Assembly: GCA_040218735.1 (NCBI GenBank)
Contig: JAVJQW010000023.1
Coordinates: forward strand, 128,001 to 192,000
From: Deltaproteobacteria bacterium
GTDB lineage: Bacteria > Myxococcota > Kuafuiibacteriia > Kuafuiibacteriales > Kuafuiibacteriaceae
Direction: 5' to 3'
DNA length: 64,000 nt
Below, in pieces: positions 19,454-29,659 of this stretch. Made by a program: the position numbers and the translations under genes. Positions within the stretch are counted from its first letter, which is position 1. Every line of letters begins with the position of its first letter. The notes below the pieces were generated by a model, which saw only the letters and a list, made by a program, of their open reading frames with translations, was not told the DNA's origin and did no database searches.

Positions 19454-20569
19454 TCAGCGGAGCCCCGCCTTCCGCATCCTCGCGACCGTCGCGTCACTGC
19501 AACGCACCTTGTGGGAAGCGCCACGTAGTCGCTTGGCCTCTTCGAGCGGCGTGTGACCGCGGGAGTCCTTCACCGCTTTCGCGCCGGCCTCCAGCAGGAC
19601 CTCGACAACCGCGGCGTCGCAGCTTCGCGCGGCCTCGTGCAACGGCGTCGTCGACACGGACACGGGCGCCCGAAACGTTCGGTTCACATCCGCACCCGCC
19701 GCGACCAGCGCGCGGACGACCCGTAACTCCTTCGTCCCCGCCGCGTGAAGGAGCGGCGACTCGACGTCATCCTGCTCCGTCTCGACCGGGGCGCCCGCCG
19801 CCAGCAGCAGCTCCACCGCGCGCGCGTGACCGAACGCCGCGGCGAGGTCGAGCGGCGTGAGGCCGTTGGTGTCACGCACCGCGAACTCCGGCTCTCGGGC
19901 GAGGAGGAGCGCCAGCACCTCGGCGCGCCCCTGCGCCGCCGCAAGGCCCACCGGCGTCTGCTTCGTCAGCTCGTCCTGGGCGTTCACGTCGGCGCCCGCG
20001 GCGAGCAACCGCCGGACGATCGCGATGTCGCCCGTCACGGCGCCGGACAGCGGCGTCTCGCCGTAGAGCGTGCCACGGTCCACCGGGACGTCTGCCGCCA
20101 GGAGCCGCTCCACCACCTTCGTGTGCCCTCCGACCGACGCGAGGAACAGCGGCGTTGCACCGGAGCGGCCCTTCGACACCTCGACTTTCGTGTGCGCGAG
20201 CGGATCCGCGTGCGCGTCCAGCAACGCCGACACGACGGCCTCGTGTCCAAGCCGAGCGGCCGCCAGGAGCGGCGTGATGCACCCTTCGATCCGCACGTCG
20301 GGATCGGCGCCGCGCTCCAGCATCGCGATCACCCGAGCTTCGTCGCCGCTCCGCGCGGCCTCTACGAGCTCGACCGCCTGGACATTCGGTGCACACGGCC
20401 CCCACGCGTCACCGCCTTCGCACCGAGCGCTACCAAAAGACTCGAGCTGCGCGCCTTCCGCATACGAACTGCACGACAGGCACGGCTTTCGAGCGTCCGG
20501 CTCGCAGACATCCTCCTTGCACGCGACGACGGCGAGGCAAAGCGCGACCGCGCGAAGTCGATATCGGAT
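19454..20569 (-). CDS. Ankyrin-repeat lipoprotein (canonical start codon absent at expected position)
   Basis: Multiple ankyrin repeats (TPLLAAA, TPLFLAS, TPLDLAA, SPLLHAA, TPLHEAA); lipoprotein-like signal RYRLRAVALCLAVVAC preceded by ATC at 20569. Confidence 0.85.
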   Translation of the reverse strand: MRYRLRAVALCLAVVACKEDVCEPDARKPCLSCSSYAEGAQLESFGSARCEGGDAWGPCAPNVQAVELVEAARSGDEARVIAMLERGADPDVRIEGCITPLLAAARLGHEAVVSALLDAHADPLAHTKVEVSKGRSGATPLFLASVGGHTKVVERLLAADVPVDRGTLYGETPLSGAVTGDIAIVRRLLAAGADVNAQDELTKQTPVGLAAAQGRAEVLALLLAREPEFAVRDTNGLTPLDLAAAFGHARAVELLLAAGAPVETEQDDVESPLLHAAGTKELRVVRALVAAGADVNRTFRAPVSVSTTPLHEAARSCDAAVVEVLLEAGAKAVKDSRGHTPLEEAKRLRGASHKVRCSDATVARMRKAGLR

Positions 20570-20574
20570 GCGCG

Positions 20575-20890
20575 GGCAACCAAGCCCTTGTCCGCGCTCG
20601 CGCGCATCTTCGGTCGATGCATGTTCGACGCGATCCGGCGACGGGTCGATGCGGGCGGTGGTGCGCACCCCGGAGCGATCGTCGTGGGGCAGAGATTCTC
20701 CAAGACCCTCGCGCCCTTTCCTCACCTTCACGTCCTCGCCTTGGACGGAGCGTACGTCGAGGTCGGCGACGAGGTCGACTTCCGCGTCGATCCCGGACCG
20801 ACACCCGACGATATCCTCGGTCTCGGCCGTAGCGGTCTCGCGCCATCCCGCGGTTATCTCGAGGAGGACGACCAGAACGAGGAGACCTCG
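20575..20890 (+). mobile_element. IS91-family (HUH/Y2 rolling-circle) transposase remnant
   Basis: Translation LSALARIFGRCMFDAIRRR...GAIVVGQRFSKTLAPFPHLHVLALDGAY...PTPDDI matches the G..QRF....PH.H.L.LDG.Y HUH motif; no N-terminal Zn domain or Y2 region; boundaries approximate. Confidence 0.75.
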
Positions 20891-20921
20891 ACGGCTGGTT
20901 CGCCCCCGCCGCCTACGACCG

Positions 20922-20982
20922 CTCGAGCACCGCGCCGAACCGTAGCGCGGCGCGGACGTTCCGTCGAACGTCCGCGTCGGCT
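20922..20982 (+). repeat. Right copy of direct repeat, containing a perfect 11-bp hairpin
   Basis: Matches 19148-19207; stem cgcggacgttc-cgtc-gaacgtccgcg at 20951-20976. Confidence 0.85.
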
Positions 20983-20994
20983 AGCCTGCGTGCG

Positions 20995-22599
20995 GTGAAG
21001 TTCGGGCCCATCGCGGTGGAGGACGCCGAGGGTACCTACCTCGGGCACACCCATCGCCTCCCCGACGGCGCGCTCAAGAAGGGGCGCCGGCTCACCGCGG
21101 ACGACGTGCAGCGGCTCGTGCGCGCGGGGATCACGACGGTCGTCGTCGCGCGACTCGACAAAGACGACGTGCACGAAGACGACGCCGCCGCCTCCGTCGC
21201 CGCGCGGGTGTGCGGTGGACACGTGCGCATCGCAGAAGCGACGACCGGCCGCGCGAACCTGTTCGCCGAGCGGCGCGGTGTCTTCGTCGTGGACCGCGCC
21301 GGGGTCGACGCGCTCAACACGATCGATCCGGCGATCACGTTTGCGACGATCGAACCCGACCGCATCGTGGAGGCGGGGGACCTGGTCGCGACCGTGAAGA
21401 TCATCCCGCTCGGTGTTCCTCGGTCGTCGATCGCAGAAGCCGAACGCACCGCCGCGCTGATCTCCATCGCACCGCTCGAAACACGACGGGCCGGACTCGT
21501 CCTCACCACGCTCCCCGGCGTGAAGGACCAACAGCTCACACGCGCCGAGCAGAGTCAGCGGCAGCGACTCGCGGCGCTCGGGTCCGCGCTGACCCACGTG
21601 GAGCGCGTCCCGCACGACGAAGGCGCGGTCGCCGCGGCCATCCAACGCTTGGACGCCGCTGGCTGTGATCCAATTCTGCTGCTCGGCGCTTCGGCGATCA
21701 CGGATCCGCAAGATGTCTTGCCGTCCGCGATCCGCAGCGCGGGCGGAGAGGTCCGCCACGTCGGGATGCCGGTCGACCCCGGCAACCTGCTCGTGCTCGG
21801 CACGTTCGAGACGCGCACGGTGATCGGCGTGCCGGGCTGCGCGCGATCGCTCGCGCGCAGCGGCTTCGACCGCGTGCTGGAGCGAACGGTCGCGGGCATC
21901 ACGATCGCGCCACGCGATATCATGGGTATGGGCGTGGGAGGGCTCATGAAGGACATCGACGCACGACCTCACCCTCGCCAGACCGACTCGACCAAACCGT
22001 CGTACCAAATCGGCGCCGTGGTGCTCGCCGCCGGACAGTCACGGCGGATGGGCGCGCAGAACAAACTCCTCGCAGAGGTGGGTGGACAGCCGATGGTGCG
22101 CCGCGCAGTGACGACGCTCGTCGCCGCGAACGTCGCGCCGATCGTCGTGGTCGTCGGACACGAAGCGGACCGTGTTCGCGCGGCGCTGTCCGAGCTCGAT
22201 GTCGACTTCGCCGACAACCCGAGTTTCGCCGACGGCCTCAGCACTTCGATTCGCACCGGCGCGGCGGCGCTCGAAGGTCGCGTGGACGGCGCGCTGTTCA
22301 TGTTGTCCGACATGCCGTGGGTGACGGACGCACACCTCAGGTCGCTGATCGAGGCGTTCGATCCCGAGGCGGGACACACGATCTGCGTCCCGACGCACGC
22401 CGGTCGGCGCGGCAATCCCATCCTTTGGGCGGCGCGCCACTTCCACGACATGCAGCGACTCACCGGTGACGTCGGCGCGCGTCCGCTGCTCGCGGAGCAC
22501 GCCGCGCAGATCGCGGAAGTCGAAGTGGACGATCGGGGTGTGCACTTCGACGTCGACACGCCGCAGGCCCTCGCCGAGCTCGACGACCCCACGGCCTGA
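20995..22599 (+). CDS. Molybdopterin-binding (MoeA-like) / MocA molybdenum cofactor cytidylyltransferase fusion
   Basis: N-terminal MKFG...[29 protein letters not shown]; C-terminal [35 protein letters not shown]. Confidence 0.9.
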   Translation: MKFGPIAVEDAEGTYLGHTHRLPDGALKKGRRLTADDVQRLVRAGITTVVVARLDKDDVHEDDAAASVAARVCGGHVRIAEATTGRANLFAERRGVFVVDRAGVDALNTIDPAITFATIEPDRIVEAGDLVATVKIIPLGVPRSSIAEAERTAALISIAPLETRRAGLVLTTLPGVKDQQLTRAEQSQRQRLAALGSALTHVERVPHDEGAVAAAIQRLDAAGCDPILLLGASAITDPQDVLPSAIRSAGGEVRHVGMPVDPGNLLVLGTFETRTVIGVPGCARSLARSGFDRVLERTVAGITIAPRDIMGMGVGGLMKDIDARPHPRQTDSTKPSYQIGAVVLAAGQSRRMGAQNKLLAEVGGQPMVRRAVTTLVAANVAPIVVVVGHEADRVRAALSELDVDFADNPSFADGLSTSIRTGAAALEGRVDGALFMLSDMPWVTDAHLRSLIEAFDPEAGHTICVPTHAGRRGNPILWAARHFHDMQRLTGDVGARPLLAEHAAQIAEVEVDDRGVHFDVDTPQALAELDDPTA

Positions 22600-22714
22600 G
22601 ACACAGCGCGTCATGCGTCCAAAACCCACTCGGGTCGGGTGGTGCCTATCTCTGCCCTCCCCTATCCTCGCGGCCCCGTCCCGGGGGGGACAGAGGCCGA
22701 AAGAAGGTTTGCGA

Positions 22715-23182
22715 ATGCAAGTAACGATGACCGTGAACAACAAATCGATCACACGCGACGTCGAGCCGCGGATGCTGTTGGTCGAACTCATCCGCCAAGA
22801 GCTCGCGCTGACGGGGACGCACGTGGGCTGCGATACGAGTCAGTGCGGTGCGTGCACCGTCATGGTCGACGACAAATCCATCAAGAGCTGCACGATGCTC
22901 GCCGTCGAGGCCGACGGCCGCAGCGTGAAGACGATCGAATCGCTCGAAACGAACGGCGAGCTGCACCCGATGCAGGCTGCGTTCAAGGAGTGCCACGGGC
23001 TGCAGTGCGGCTTCTGCACACCAGGGATGGTGATGAGCACCGTCGACCTCCTGCAGAACAACGCCAACCCGAGCGAAGGCGAAATCCGAGAGTGGCTCGA
23101 GGGCAACATCTGCCGGTGCACCGGCTACCACAACATCGTGAAGGCCGTTCAGCACTGCGCTGGCGGTTCGAAGGGGGCGTGA
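22715..23182 (+). CDS. coxS: (2Fe-2S) small subunit, CoxS/CutS family
   Basis: [27 protein letters not shown]. Confidence 0.93.
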   Translation: MQVTMTVNNKSITRDVEPRMLLVELIRQELALTGTHVGCDTSQCGACTVMVDDKSIKSCTMLAVEADGRSVKTIESLETNGELHPMQAAFKECHGLQCGFCTPGMVMSTVDLLQNNANPSEGEIREWLEGNICRCTGYHNIVKAVQHCAGGSKGA

Positions 23183-23183
23183 C

Positions 23184-25538
23184 ATGGGTGCCATTGGACA
23201 GCCAATCAAGCGCAAGGAAGACCATCGCTTCCTGACCGGCCGCGGCCGCTACACCGACGACATCGTTCGTCCGAACCAGGCGTACGCGCACTTCGTTCGG
23301 TCGCCGTACGCACACGCGAAGATCAACGCGATCGACACCGCCGACGCGGCCGAGGCCGAAGGCGTCATCGCGATCTACACGGGCAAGGATCTGGAGGGGA
23401 TCGGCGGCATTCCGTGCGGCTGGCAGATCCACAACAAGGACGGGAGCCCGATGGCCGAGCCGGCGCACCCGGCGCTGGTGAGCGACAAGGTTCGCTACGT
23501 CGGTGACATGGTCGCGATCGTCGTCGCGGAGACGAAGGTGCAGGCGAAGGCCGCCGCGCAGCTCGTCGCCGTCGACTACGACCCGATCGACGCGGTCGGG
23601 AGCATCGGCGCCGCGATCGCCGAGGGCGCCGCGCAGGTGCACGACGACGTGGCGAACAACCGCTGCTTCGACTGGCACCTCGGTGAGAAGGACCCGGTCG
23701 ACGCGGCGTTCGCGAAGGCGGACCACGTCGTCGAGATGGACGTCGTCAACAACCGCCTCATCCCGAACGCGATGGAGCCTCGCGCGGCGATCGCCGAGTA
23801 CGACGTGTCGTCGGACATGACCACGCTGTGGACGACGTCGCAGAACCCGCACCTCATTCGACTGCTGCTCGGTGCGTTCGTGCTGTCGATCCCGGAGCAC
23901 AAGCTCCGCGTGATCGCGCCGGACGTCGGCGGTGGGTTCGGCTCGAAGATCTACCTGTACGCCGAGGAGACGGTCGTCACCTGGGCGGCGCGCAAGCTCG
24001 GTCGTGCGGTGAAGTGGACGGCCGATCGTACGGAGGCCTTCCAGGCCGACGCACACGGGCGTGACCAGGTCGGCCACGCGCGGCTCGCGCTCGACAAGGA
24101 CGGCAAGTTCCTCGGGCTGCACATCAAGAACAAGGCGAACATGGGCGCCTACCTGTCGACGTTCGCGCCGGCGGTTCCGACGTACCTGCACGGCACGCTG
24201 TTCGCGGGGGTCTACACGACGCCGGCGATCTACGTGGAGGTCGAGGCGGTGTTCACGAACACCGCGCCGGTCGACGCGTACCGCGGCGCCGGGCGTCCCG
24301 AGGCGACCTACCAGCTCGAGCGACTCGTCGACAAAGCGGCGGATCAGCTCGGCATCGATCGCATCGAGATTCGCCGGAAGAACATGATCCAGAAGGACCA
24401 GTTCCCGTACCAGACGCCGGTCGCGCTCGAGTACGACACGGGTGACTTCGTGGCGTGTCTGGATCTGGCGCTGAAGGAGGCCGACTGGGCCGGGTTCGAG
24501 GCGCGTCGCGCCGAGGCGAAGTCGCGCGGCAAGCTGCGCGGCATCGGCTGCTCGACCTACCTCGAAGCGTGCGGCATCGCGCCGTCCGCGCTCGCGGGTG
24601 CGCTCGGCGCGCGCGCGGGTCTGTACGAGTCGGGTTCGATTCGTGTCCACCCGACGGGCTCCGTCACGGTGTTCACGGGCACCCACTCACACGGTCAGGG
24701 TCACGAGACGGCGTTCGCGCAGCTCGTCGCGGATCACTTCGGCGTGGACGTCGACGCAGTCGACATCCAGCACGGTGACTCGGCGCAGACGGCCTTCGGT
24801 ATGGGGACCTACGGTTCGCGTTCGTTGGCGGTCGGCGGCTCGGCGATCGTGCAGGCGGCGGACAAGGTCATCGCGAAGGGCAAGAAGATCGCGGCGCACC
24901 TGCTGGAGGCTTCCGAGGCGGACATCGAGTTCGCGGACGGCAAGTTCACCGTGAAGGGCACCGACCGGGAGAAGACGTTCGGCGAGATCGCGCTGGCGGC
25001 GTACGTGCCGCACAACTACCCGATCGAAGAGGTGGAGCCGGGGCTCGAGGAGACGGCGTTCTACGACCCGAAGAACTTCACGTTCCCGGGTGGCTGCCAC
25101 ATCTGCGAGCTCGAGGTGGACCCGGAGACGGGCACCATCGAGGTCTGCAACATCGTCGTCACGGATGACGTCGGCCGCATCATCAACCCGATGATCGTCG
25201 AAGGTCAGATCCACGGCGGCGTGGCGCAGGGCATCGGCCAGGCGCTGCTCGAAGGCTGTGTCTACGACGAAGACGGTCAGCTGCTGACCGGTTCCTACAT
25301 GAACTACACGATGCCGCGCGCGGCGGACTTGCCGATGATGAAGGTCGGCAACCACGTCACGCACTGCACGCACAACCCCGTCGGCGCGAAGGGCGTCGGC
25401 GAGGTCGGCTCGATCGGCGTGACGCCGGCGGTGATCAACGCCGTCGTCGACGCACTCAAGCCGGTGGGCGTGAAGGACATCGAGATGCCGGCGACGCCCC
25501 AGCGCGTTTGGCAGGCGATTCAGTCGGCGCAGGGCTGA
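23184..25538 (+). CDS. coxL: Molybdopterin large subunit, form II CoxL-like xanthine dehydrogenase family
   Basis: [28 protein letters not shown] (form II), GQGHET, GTYGSRS, GAKGVGE. Confidence 0.92.
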   Translation: MGAIGQPIKRKEDHRFLTGRGRYTDDIVRPNQAYAHFVRSPYAHAKINAIDTADAAEAEGVIAIYTGKDLEGIGGIPCGWQIHNKDGSPMAEPAHPALVSDKVRYVGDMVAIVVAETKVQAKAAAQLVAVDYDPIDAVGSIGAAIAEGAAQVHDDVANNRCFDWHLGEKDPVDAAFAKADHVVEMDVVNNRLIPNAMEPRAAIAEYDVSSDMTTLWTTSQNPHLIRLLLGAFVLSIPEHKLRVIAPDVGGGFGSKIYLYAEETVVTWAARKLGRAVKWTADRTEAFQADAHGRDQVGHARLALDKDGKFLGLHIKNKANMGAYLSTFAPAVPTYLHGTLFAGVYTTPAIYVEVEAVFTNTAPVDAYRGAGRPEATYQLERLVDKAADQLGIDRIEIRRKNMIQKDQFPYQTPVALEYDTGDFVACLDLALKEADWAGFEARRAEAKSRGKLRGIGCSTYLEACGIAPSALAGALGARAGLYESGSIRVHPTGSVTVFTGTHSHGQGHETAFAQLVADHFGVDVDAVDIQHGDSAQTAFGMGTYGSRSLAVGGSAIVQAADKVIAKGKKIAAHLLEASEADIEFADGKFTVKGTDREKTFGEIALAAYVPHNYPIEEVEPGLEETAFYDPKNFTFPGGCHICELEVDPETGTIEVCNIVVTDDVGRIINPMIVEGQIHGGVAQGIGQALLEGCVYDEDGQLLTGSYMNYTMPRAADLPMMKVGNHVTHCTHNPVGAKGVGEVGSIGVTPAVINAVVDALKPVGVKDIEMPATPQRVWQAIQSAQG

Positions 25539-25554
25539 GGGAGGAACTTAGGTC

Positions 25555-26355
25555 ATGCAGAATTTCGAGTTTCATCGGCCCAAGACCGTCGAGGAGGCGG
25601 TCGCGGCGCTCAAGAAGACGGACGGCGACGGGAAGCTCCTCGCGGGCGGCCAGAGCCTCATCCCGGTGCTGAAGCACGAGCTGGCGATGCCGTCGGCGTT
25701 GATCTCCCTCGCCGACATCGGTGGGTTGGATCAGATCGCGGCGGAGGGCGACGCGGTCGTCATCGGCGCGAAGTGCACGCACGCCGAGGTCGCGGCGTCG
25801 GACGTGGTGCAGGGCGCCATCCCGGCGCTCGCGAAGCTGGCGTCGCACATCGGTGACCCGCAGGTTCGTCACCGCGGTACGCTCGGCGGCTCCGTGGCGC
25901 ACGCGGATCCGGCGGCGGACTACCCGGCGGCGGTGCTCGCGCTCGGCGCGACGATCAAGACGGACCGTCGGGAGATCAAGGCGGACGACTTCTTCACCGG
26001 CTTCTTCGAGACGCCGCTGGAGGACGACGAGATCGTCACGGGCGTGAGCTTCCCGAAGGCGGAGAAGTCGGCGTACGCGAAGTTCGCGAGCCCGGCATCG
26101 AAGTACGCGATCGTCGGGGTGTTCGTGGCGAAGACGAGCGGCGGCGTGCGGGTCGCGGTGACGGGTGCGGGTCCGAAGGTGTTCCGCGTGACGGAAATGG
26201 AGACAGCGCTCGACGCGAACTTCAGCTCCGACGCGATCAAGGACATCAAGGTCTCGGCGGACGACCTCAACGGTGACGTCGAGGCGAACGCGGAGTACCG
26301 CGCGCACCTCGTGACCGTGATGGCGCGCCGCGCGGTGGACGCAGCGAACGGATGA
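25555..26355 (+). CDS. coxM: FAD-binding medium subunit, CoxM/CutM family
   Basis: LAGGQSLIP, IGDPQVRHRGTLGGS, DPAADYP, EYRAHL. Confidence 0.93.
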   Translation: MQNFEFHRPKTVEEAVAALKKTDGDGKLLAGGQSLIPVLKHELAMPSALISLADIGGLDQIAAEGDAVVIGAKCTHAEVAASDVVQGAIPALAKLASHIGDPQVRHRGTLGGSVAHADPAADYPAAVLALGATIKTDRREIKADDFFTGFFETPLEDDEIVTGVSFPKAEKSAYAKFASPASKYAIVGVFVAKTSGGVRVAVTGAGPKVFRVTEMETALDANFSSDAIKDIKVSADDLNGDVEANAEYRAHLVTVMARRAVDAANG

Positions 26356-27242
26356 AGTCGGTCGACGCCGTCGCCGAGCTGCTGGCCGGCGGTTCCTACA
26401 TCGCAGACCGCAGTCTGGCGACGGCGCTCTTCCTCTCCCTCTCCCTCGAGCGCCCGCTGTTCCTCGAAGGGGACGCGGGCGTCGGCAAGACGGAGGTGGC
26501 GAAGGTGCTGGCGTCCCAGCTGGGGCGCCGGCTCATCCGCCTGCAGTGTTACGAGGGCCTCGACGTCGCGTCCGCGGTGTACGAGTGGAGCTACACCGAA
26601 CAGATGATGGCGATCCGCCTGGCCGAGGCTTCGGGCGGCGTGGATCGCGACGCGCTCGCGAAGGACATCTACGACGCGCGCTATCTTCTGGAGCGCCCGC
26701 TCTTGCAGGCGCTGCGGCCGCAGGACGGCGGACCGCCGGTGTTGCTCATCGACGAGCTCGACCGCACCGACGAGCCGTTCGAGGCGTTCCTCCTGGAGCT
26801 GCTGTCGGACTTCCAAGTGACGATCCCCGAGCTGGGGACGATCGAAGCGGCGGCACGGCCGATCGTGATCATCACGTCGAACCGCACGCGCGAGATTCAC
26901 GACGCGCTGAAGCGTCGCTGCTTCTATCACTGGATCGGCTACCCGGACGCCGCGCGGGAGAAGATGATCCTCCGGGCGAAGGTCCCCGAGGCTTCGGAGG
27001 CGTTGGTGGATCAGGTGGTGGGCGTGGTGCAGAAGCTCCGCGCCGACGACCTGTTCAAACCGCCGGGGGTCGCGGAGTCGCTCGACTGGACGCAGGCGCT
27101 CATCTCGTTGAACGAGACCGAGCTGTCGCCCGCGACGATCGACGCGACGCTCGGCGTGGTCCTCAAGTACCAGGACGACATCGAGAAGATCCGCGGCGCG
27201 CGCGCGGCGCAGATCGCCGCCGAGCTCGACGAAGCCTCTTAG
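26352..27242 (+). CDS. coxD: MoxR family AAA+ ATPase, CoxD
   Basis: LEGDAGVGKT, RLQCYEG, LLIDELDR, DALKRRC, PGVAESLDW. Confidence 0.92.
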   Translation: MKSVDAVAELLAGGSYIADRSLATALFLSLSLERPLFLEGDAGVGKTEVAKVLASQLGRRLIRLQCYEGLDVASAVYEWSYTEQMMAIRLAEASGGVDRDALAKDIYDARYLLERPLLQALRPQDGGPPVLLIDELDRTDEPFEAFLLELLSDFQVTIPELGTIEAAARPIVIITSNRTREIHDALKRRCFYHWIGYPDAAREKMILRAKVPEASEALVDQVVGVVQKLRADDLFKPPGVAESLDWTQALISLNETELSPATIDATLGVVLKYQDDIEKIRGARAAQIAAELDEAS

Positions 27243-27251
27243 GGGGTCGCC

Positions 27252-28418
27252 ATCAGCGACAAGCTCACCGAGAACGTCATGCACTTCGGGCGCCTGCTCC
27301 GGCGCGCCGGTCTGCCCGTCGGCCCCGCGCAGGTGTGCGACGCGGTGGAGGCGGTGTCGGTCGTGAACGTGCACGACCGCTCGCAGTTCTACTGGGCGTT
27401 GGCGGCGGTGTTCGTGAAGCGGCGCGAGCACCTGGAGCTGTTCGCGGAGGCGTTCGCCACCTACTGGAAGGATCCGTGGGGCGCGGACCAGCTCCTGTCG
27501 ATGATGCTCGACAAGGCGCAGCGTGAGACGACCAAGCCGCAGACCAAGCGCAGGATCCAGGAGGCGTGGAGCGCGCCGGTGCCGGTCAAGACGCGGCCGC
27601 GGCAAGAAGACTTGCAAGAGGAGCGCGTCGACACCGTCGTGACGTTCGCGGCGGACGAGGTGCTGCGCACGAAGGACTTCGAGCAGATGACCGCCGAGGA
27701 GATCACAAAGGCGAAGCTCCTCATCCAGCGGATGCGTTTCGACGTCGCCGATCTACTGACGCGACGGCGGAAGACGAGTCACCGCGGGCCGATCGATCTG
27801 CGGCGCACGATGAAGCAGAACGTGCGAAGCGGCGGCGACCTCATGCCGCTGTCGTTCTACGAACGCAGAAAGCGCCCGCCGACGCTGGTCATCCTCTGCG
27901 ACATCTCGGGCTCGATGGAGCGCTACAGCCGGATGTTCCTCCACTTCATGCACGTCCTCACGAACCACCGCGACCGCGTGCACGCGTTCACCTTCGGGAC
28001 GCGCCTGTCGAACGTGACCCGAACCCTCGAACACAAGGACGTGGACATCGCGCTCGAGAAGCTCGGCCAAGAGGTCGTCGACTGGTCCGGCGGCACGCGC
28101 ATTCGTTCGGCGCTGAGTGAGTTCAACAAGAAGTGGTCGCGACGGGTCCTGGGCCAGGGCGCGATCGTCCTGCTCGTGACGGACGGTCTCGACCGGGACC
28201 TGGAGTCGGGCTTGGACTTCGAGGTCCAGCGCCTGAGACGCTCATGCCGGCGGCTGATCTGGCTGAACCCCCTCCTCCGCTTCGACGGCTTTCAGCCCCT
28301 GGCCTCCGGGGTGAAGGTGCTGTTCCGCCACGCCCACGAGCACCGCCCCGTGCACGACCTCGCGAGCCTCGAGAGCTTGGTGCGGGCGCTCGCGACCCCT
28401 GGTCGACCGACCGCTTGA
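27252..28418 (+). CDS. coxE: VWA domain protein, CoxE
   Basis: F.R.LRRAGL, CDISGSMERYSR, FGTRL, WSGGTRI, DGLDR, WLNPLL; first ATG at 27279 but the frame looks coding back to ATC 27252. Confidence 0.9.
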   Translation: MSDKLTENVMHFGRLLRRAGLPVGPAQVCDAVEAVSVVNVHDRSQFYWALAAVFVKRREHLELFAEAFATYWKDPWGADQLLSMMLDKAQRETTKPQTKRRIQEAWSAPVPVKTRPRQEDLQEERVDTVVTFAADEVLRTKDFEQMTAEEITKAKLLIQRMRFDVADLLTRRRKTSHRGPIDLRRTMKQNVRSGGDLMPLSFYERRKRPPTLVILCDISGSMERYSRMFLHFMHVLTNHRDRVHAFTFGTRLSNVTRTLEHKDVDIALEKLGQEVVDWSGGTRIRSALSEFNKKWSRRVLGQGAIVLLVTDGLDRDLESGLDFEVQRLRRSCRRLIWLNPLLRFDGFQPLASGVKVLFRHAHEHRPVHDLASLESLVRALATPGRPTA

Positions 28419-28449
28419 CGCACCGGGTTCGTTCGCGCACGGTGCGCGA

Positions 28450-29652
28450 GTGCATAGTACAACTCAATACTCTGCACCCGTGCTCCTCGCCGGGCTTATC
28501 GCGTGCGGGGCGCCCACGCTGCACGAGGTCGGGCCGGATCCGGACGCCGGGCCGGCGCCCGTCGTGCGCGACGGCGGCACCGAAGCGCCCCGGGACGGGG
28601 GCACCGCGCCGGACGCTGGCGAAGAACCGCCGCGGGACGCGGGCACCACCCCACCGCGCGACGGCGGGACCGAGGCGCCCCGCGACGGTGGCGTCGAGCC
28701 GCCCCGCGACGGCGGCGTGCCGCTCGGGCTGCTCTGCTTCTCGGACATCTGGGATCCGAACGTCGGCGGCCCCGACTACGATCAGTTCGCGCCGACCTAC
28801 GCGTCGCACTGCTTCGGCACCAACCACCAGGACATCACGGGGATCGAGCGCGTCGTGTTCGTGGGTGACTCCGTCACGGTGGGCACGCCGCCGACGCCGT
28901 ACGAGGAGTACTACCGCGGCGTCCTCGCGGACCGCCTCGCGCAGCACTTCAACCTCGAAGCACCGAGCGACGCGTGGAAACGCGCGAGCCTCATCAACGG
29001 GACTTCACTGGTTCAAGACTCGGGCGACTTCGCGAGCTGCGCAAAGTGGGGCGCGCGCACCGACGACCTCATCGAGGACAACAGCCAACTCGAGGACTGC
29101 CTCCCGGCCGAAGAGCGAAACAAACGCACGCTCGTGATCATGACGATCGGTGGCAACGACATCGCGTCGATCACCAAGAACGGGGCGCCCTCCGGCGGTC
29201 ACACGCTCGCCGAGGTCACGATGCAGACCCAGGAGTTCGTCGCGAAGCTCGAAGACGCCGTCGCCTGGGTGAAGGACCCCGCCAACTTTCCGAACGGCGC
29301 CGACCTCGTCTTCGCGAACATGTTCGAGTTCACGGACGCCACCGGTGACGTCGGCTCCTGCCCCGCCGCCGGCGTCGCGGGCTTCGACGAGCCGTGGGCG
29401 GATCCGCAGGCGCTCGAGGACCTCGTGGTGTGGGCCAACGAGGAGTACATGCGCATCGCCGTCGACCACGGCGCCGACCTCATCTTCATGCTCGAGCACT
29501 TCTGCGGCCACGGCTTCCACCACGACGACCCGATGAACCGCTGCTACCGCGGCCCGACGTCCGAGCGCTGGTTCGACGTCAGCTGCATCCACCCGAACCC
29601 GACCGGCCACGACGTCATCGCCGACATGTTCATGGCGGTCGTCGACGAGTAA
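28450..29652 (+). CDS. SGNH/GDSL hydrolase family lipoprotein
   Basis: Lipobox LIAC; blocks FVGDSV, WGA, IGGND, D..CIHPN. Confidence 0.85.
   Translation: MHSTTQYSAPVLLAGLIACGAPTLHEVGPDPDAGPAPVVRDGGTEAPRDGGTAPDAGEEPPRDAGTTPPRDGGTEAPRDGGVEPPRDGGVPLGLLCFSDIWDPNVGGPDYDQFAPTYASHCFGTNHQDITGIERVVFVGDSVTVGTPPTPYEEYYRGVLADRLAQHFNLEAPSDAWKRASLINGTSLVQDSGDFASCAKWGARTDDLIEDNSQLEDCLPAEERNKRTLVIMTIGGNDIASITKNGAPSGGHTLAEVTMQTQEFVAKLEDAVAWVKDPANFPNGADLVFANMFEFTDATGDVGSCPAAGVAGFDEPWADPQALEDLVVWANEEYMRIAVDHGADLIFMLEHFCGHGFHHDDPMNRCYRGPTSERWFDVSCIHPNPTGHDVIADMFMAVVDE
28567..28716 (+). repeat. Coding tandem repeats (seven [RP]D[GA]G units) in the lipoprotein linker
   Basis: RDGGTEAPRDGGTAPDAGEEPPRDAGTTPPRDGGTEAPRDGGVEPPRDGG. 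Confidence 0.75.
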
Positions 29653-29659
29653 CCAAGAC

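Noticed and set aside
22600-22714. Possible Moco riboswitch in the coxS leader
   Set aside because: GC-rich hairpins are present but I could not match the conserved Moco RNA motif; needs an Rfam scan
23184-25538. Bona fide aerobic CO dehydrogenase (form I)
   Set aside because: Active-site loop is AYRGAGR rather than AYxCSFR, and gene order is S-L-M rather than M-S-L
28567-28716. CRISPR-like repeats
   Set aside because: Short in-frame degenerate coding repeats without unique spacers; no cas genes
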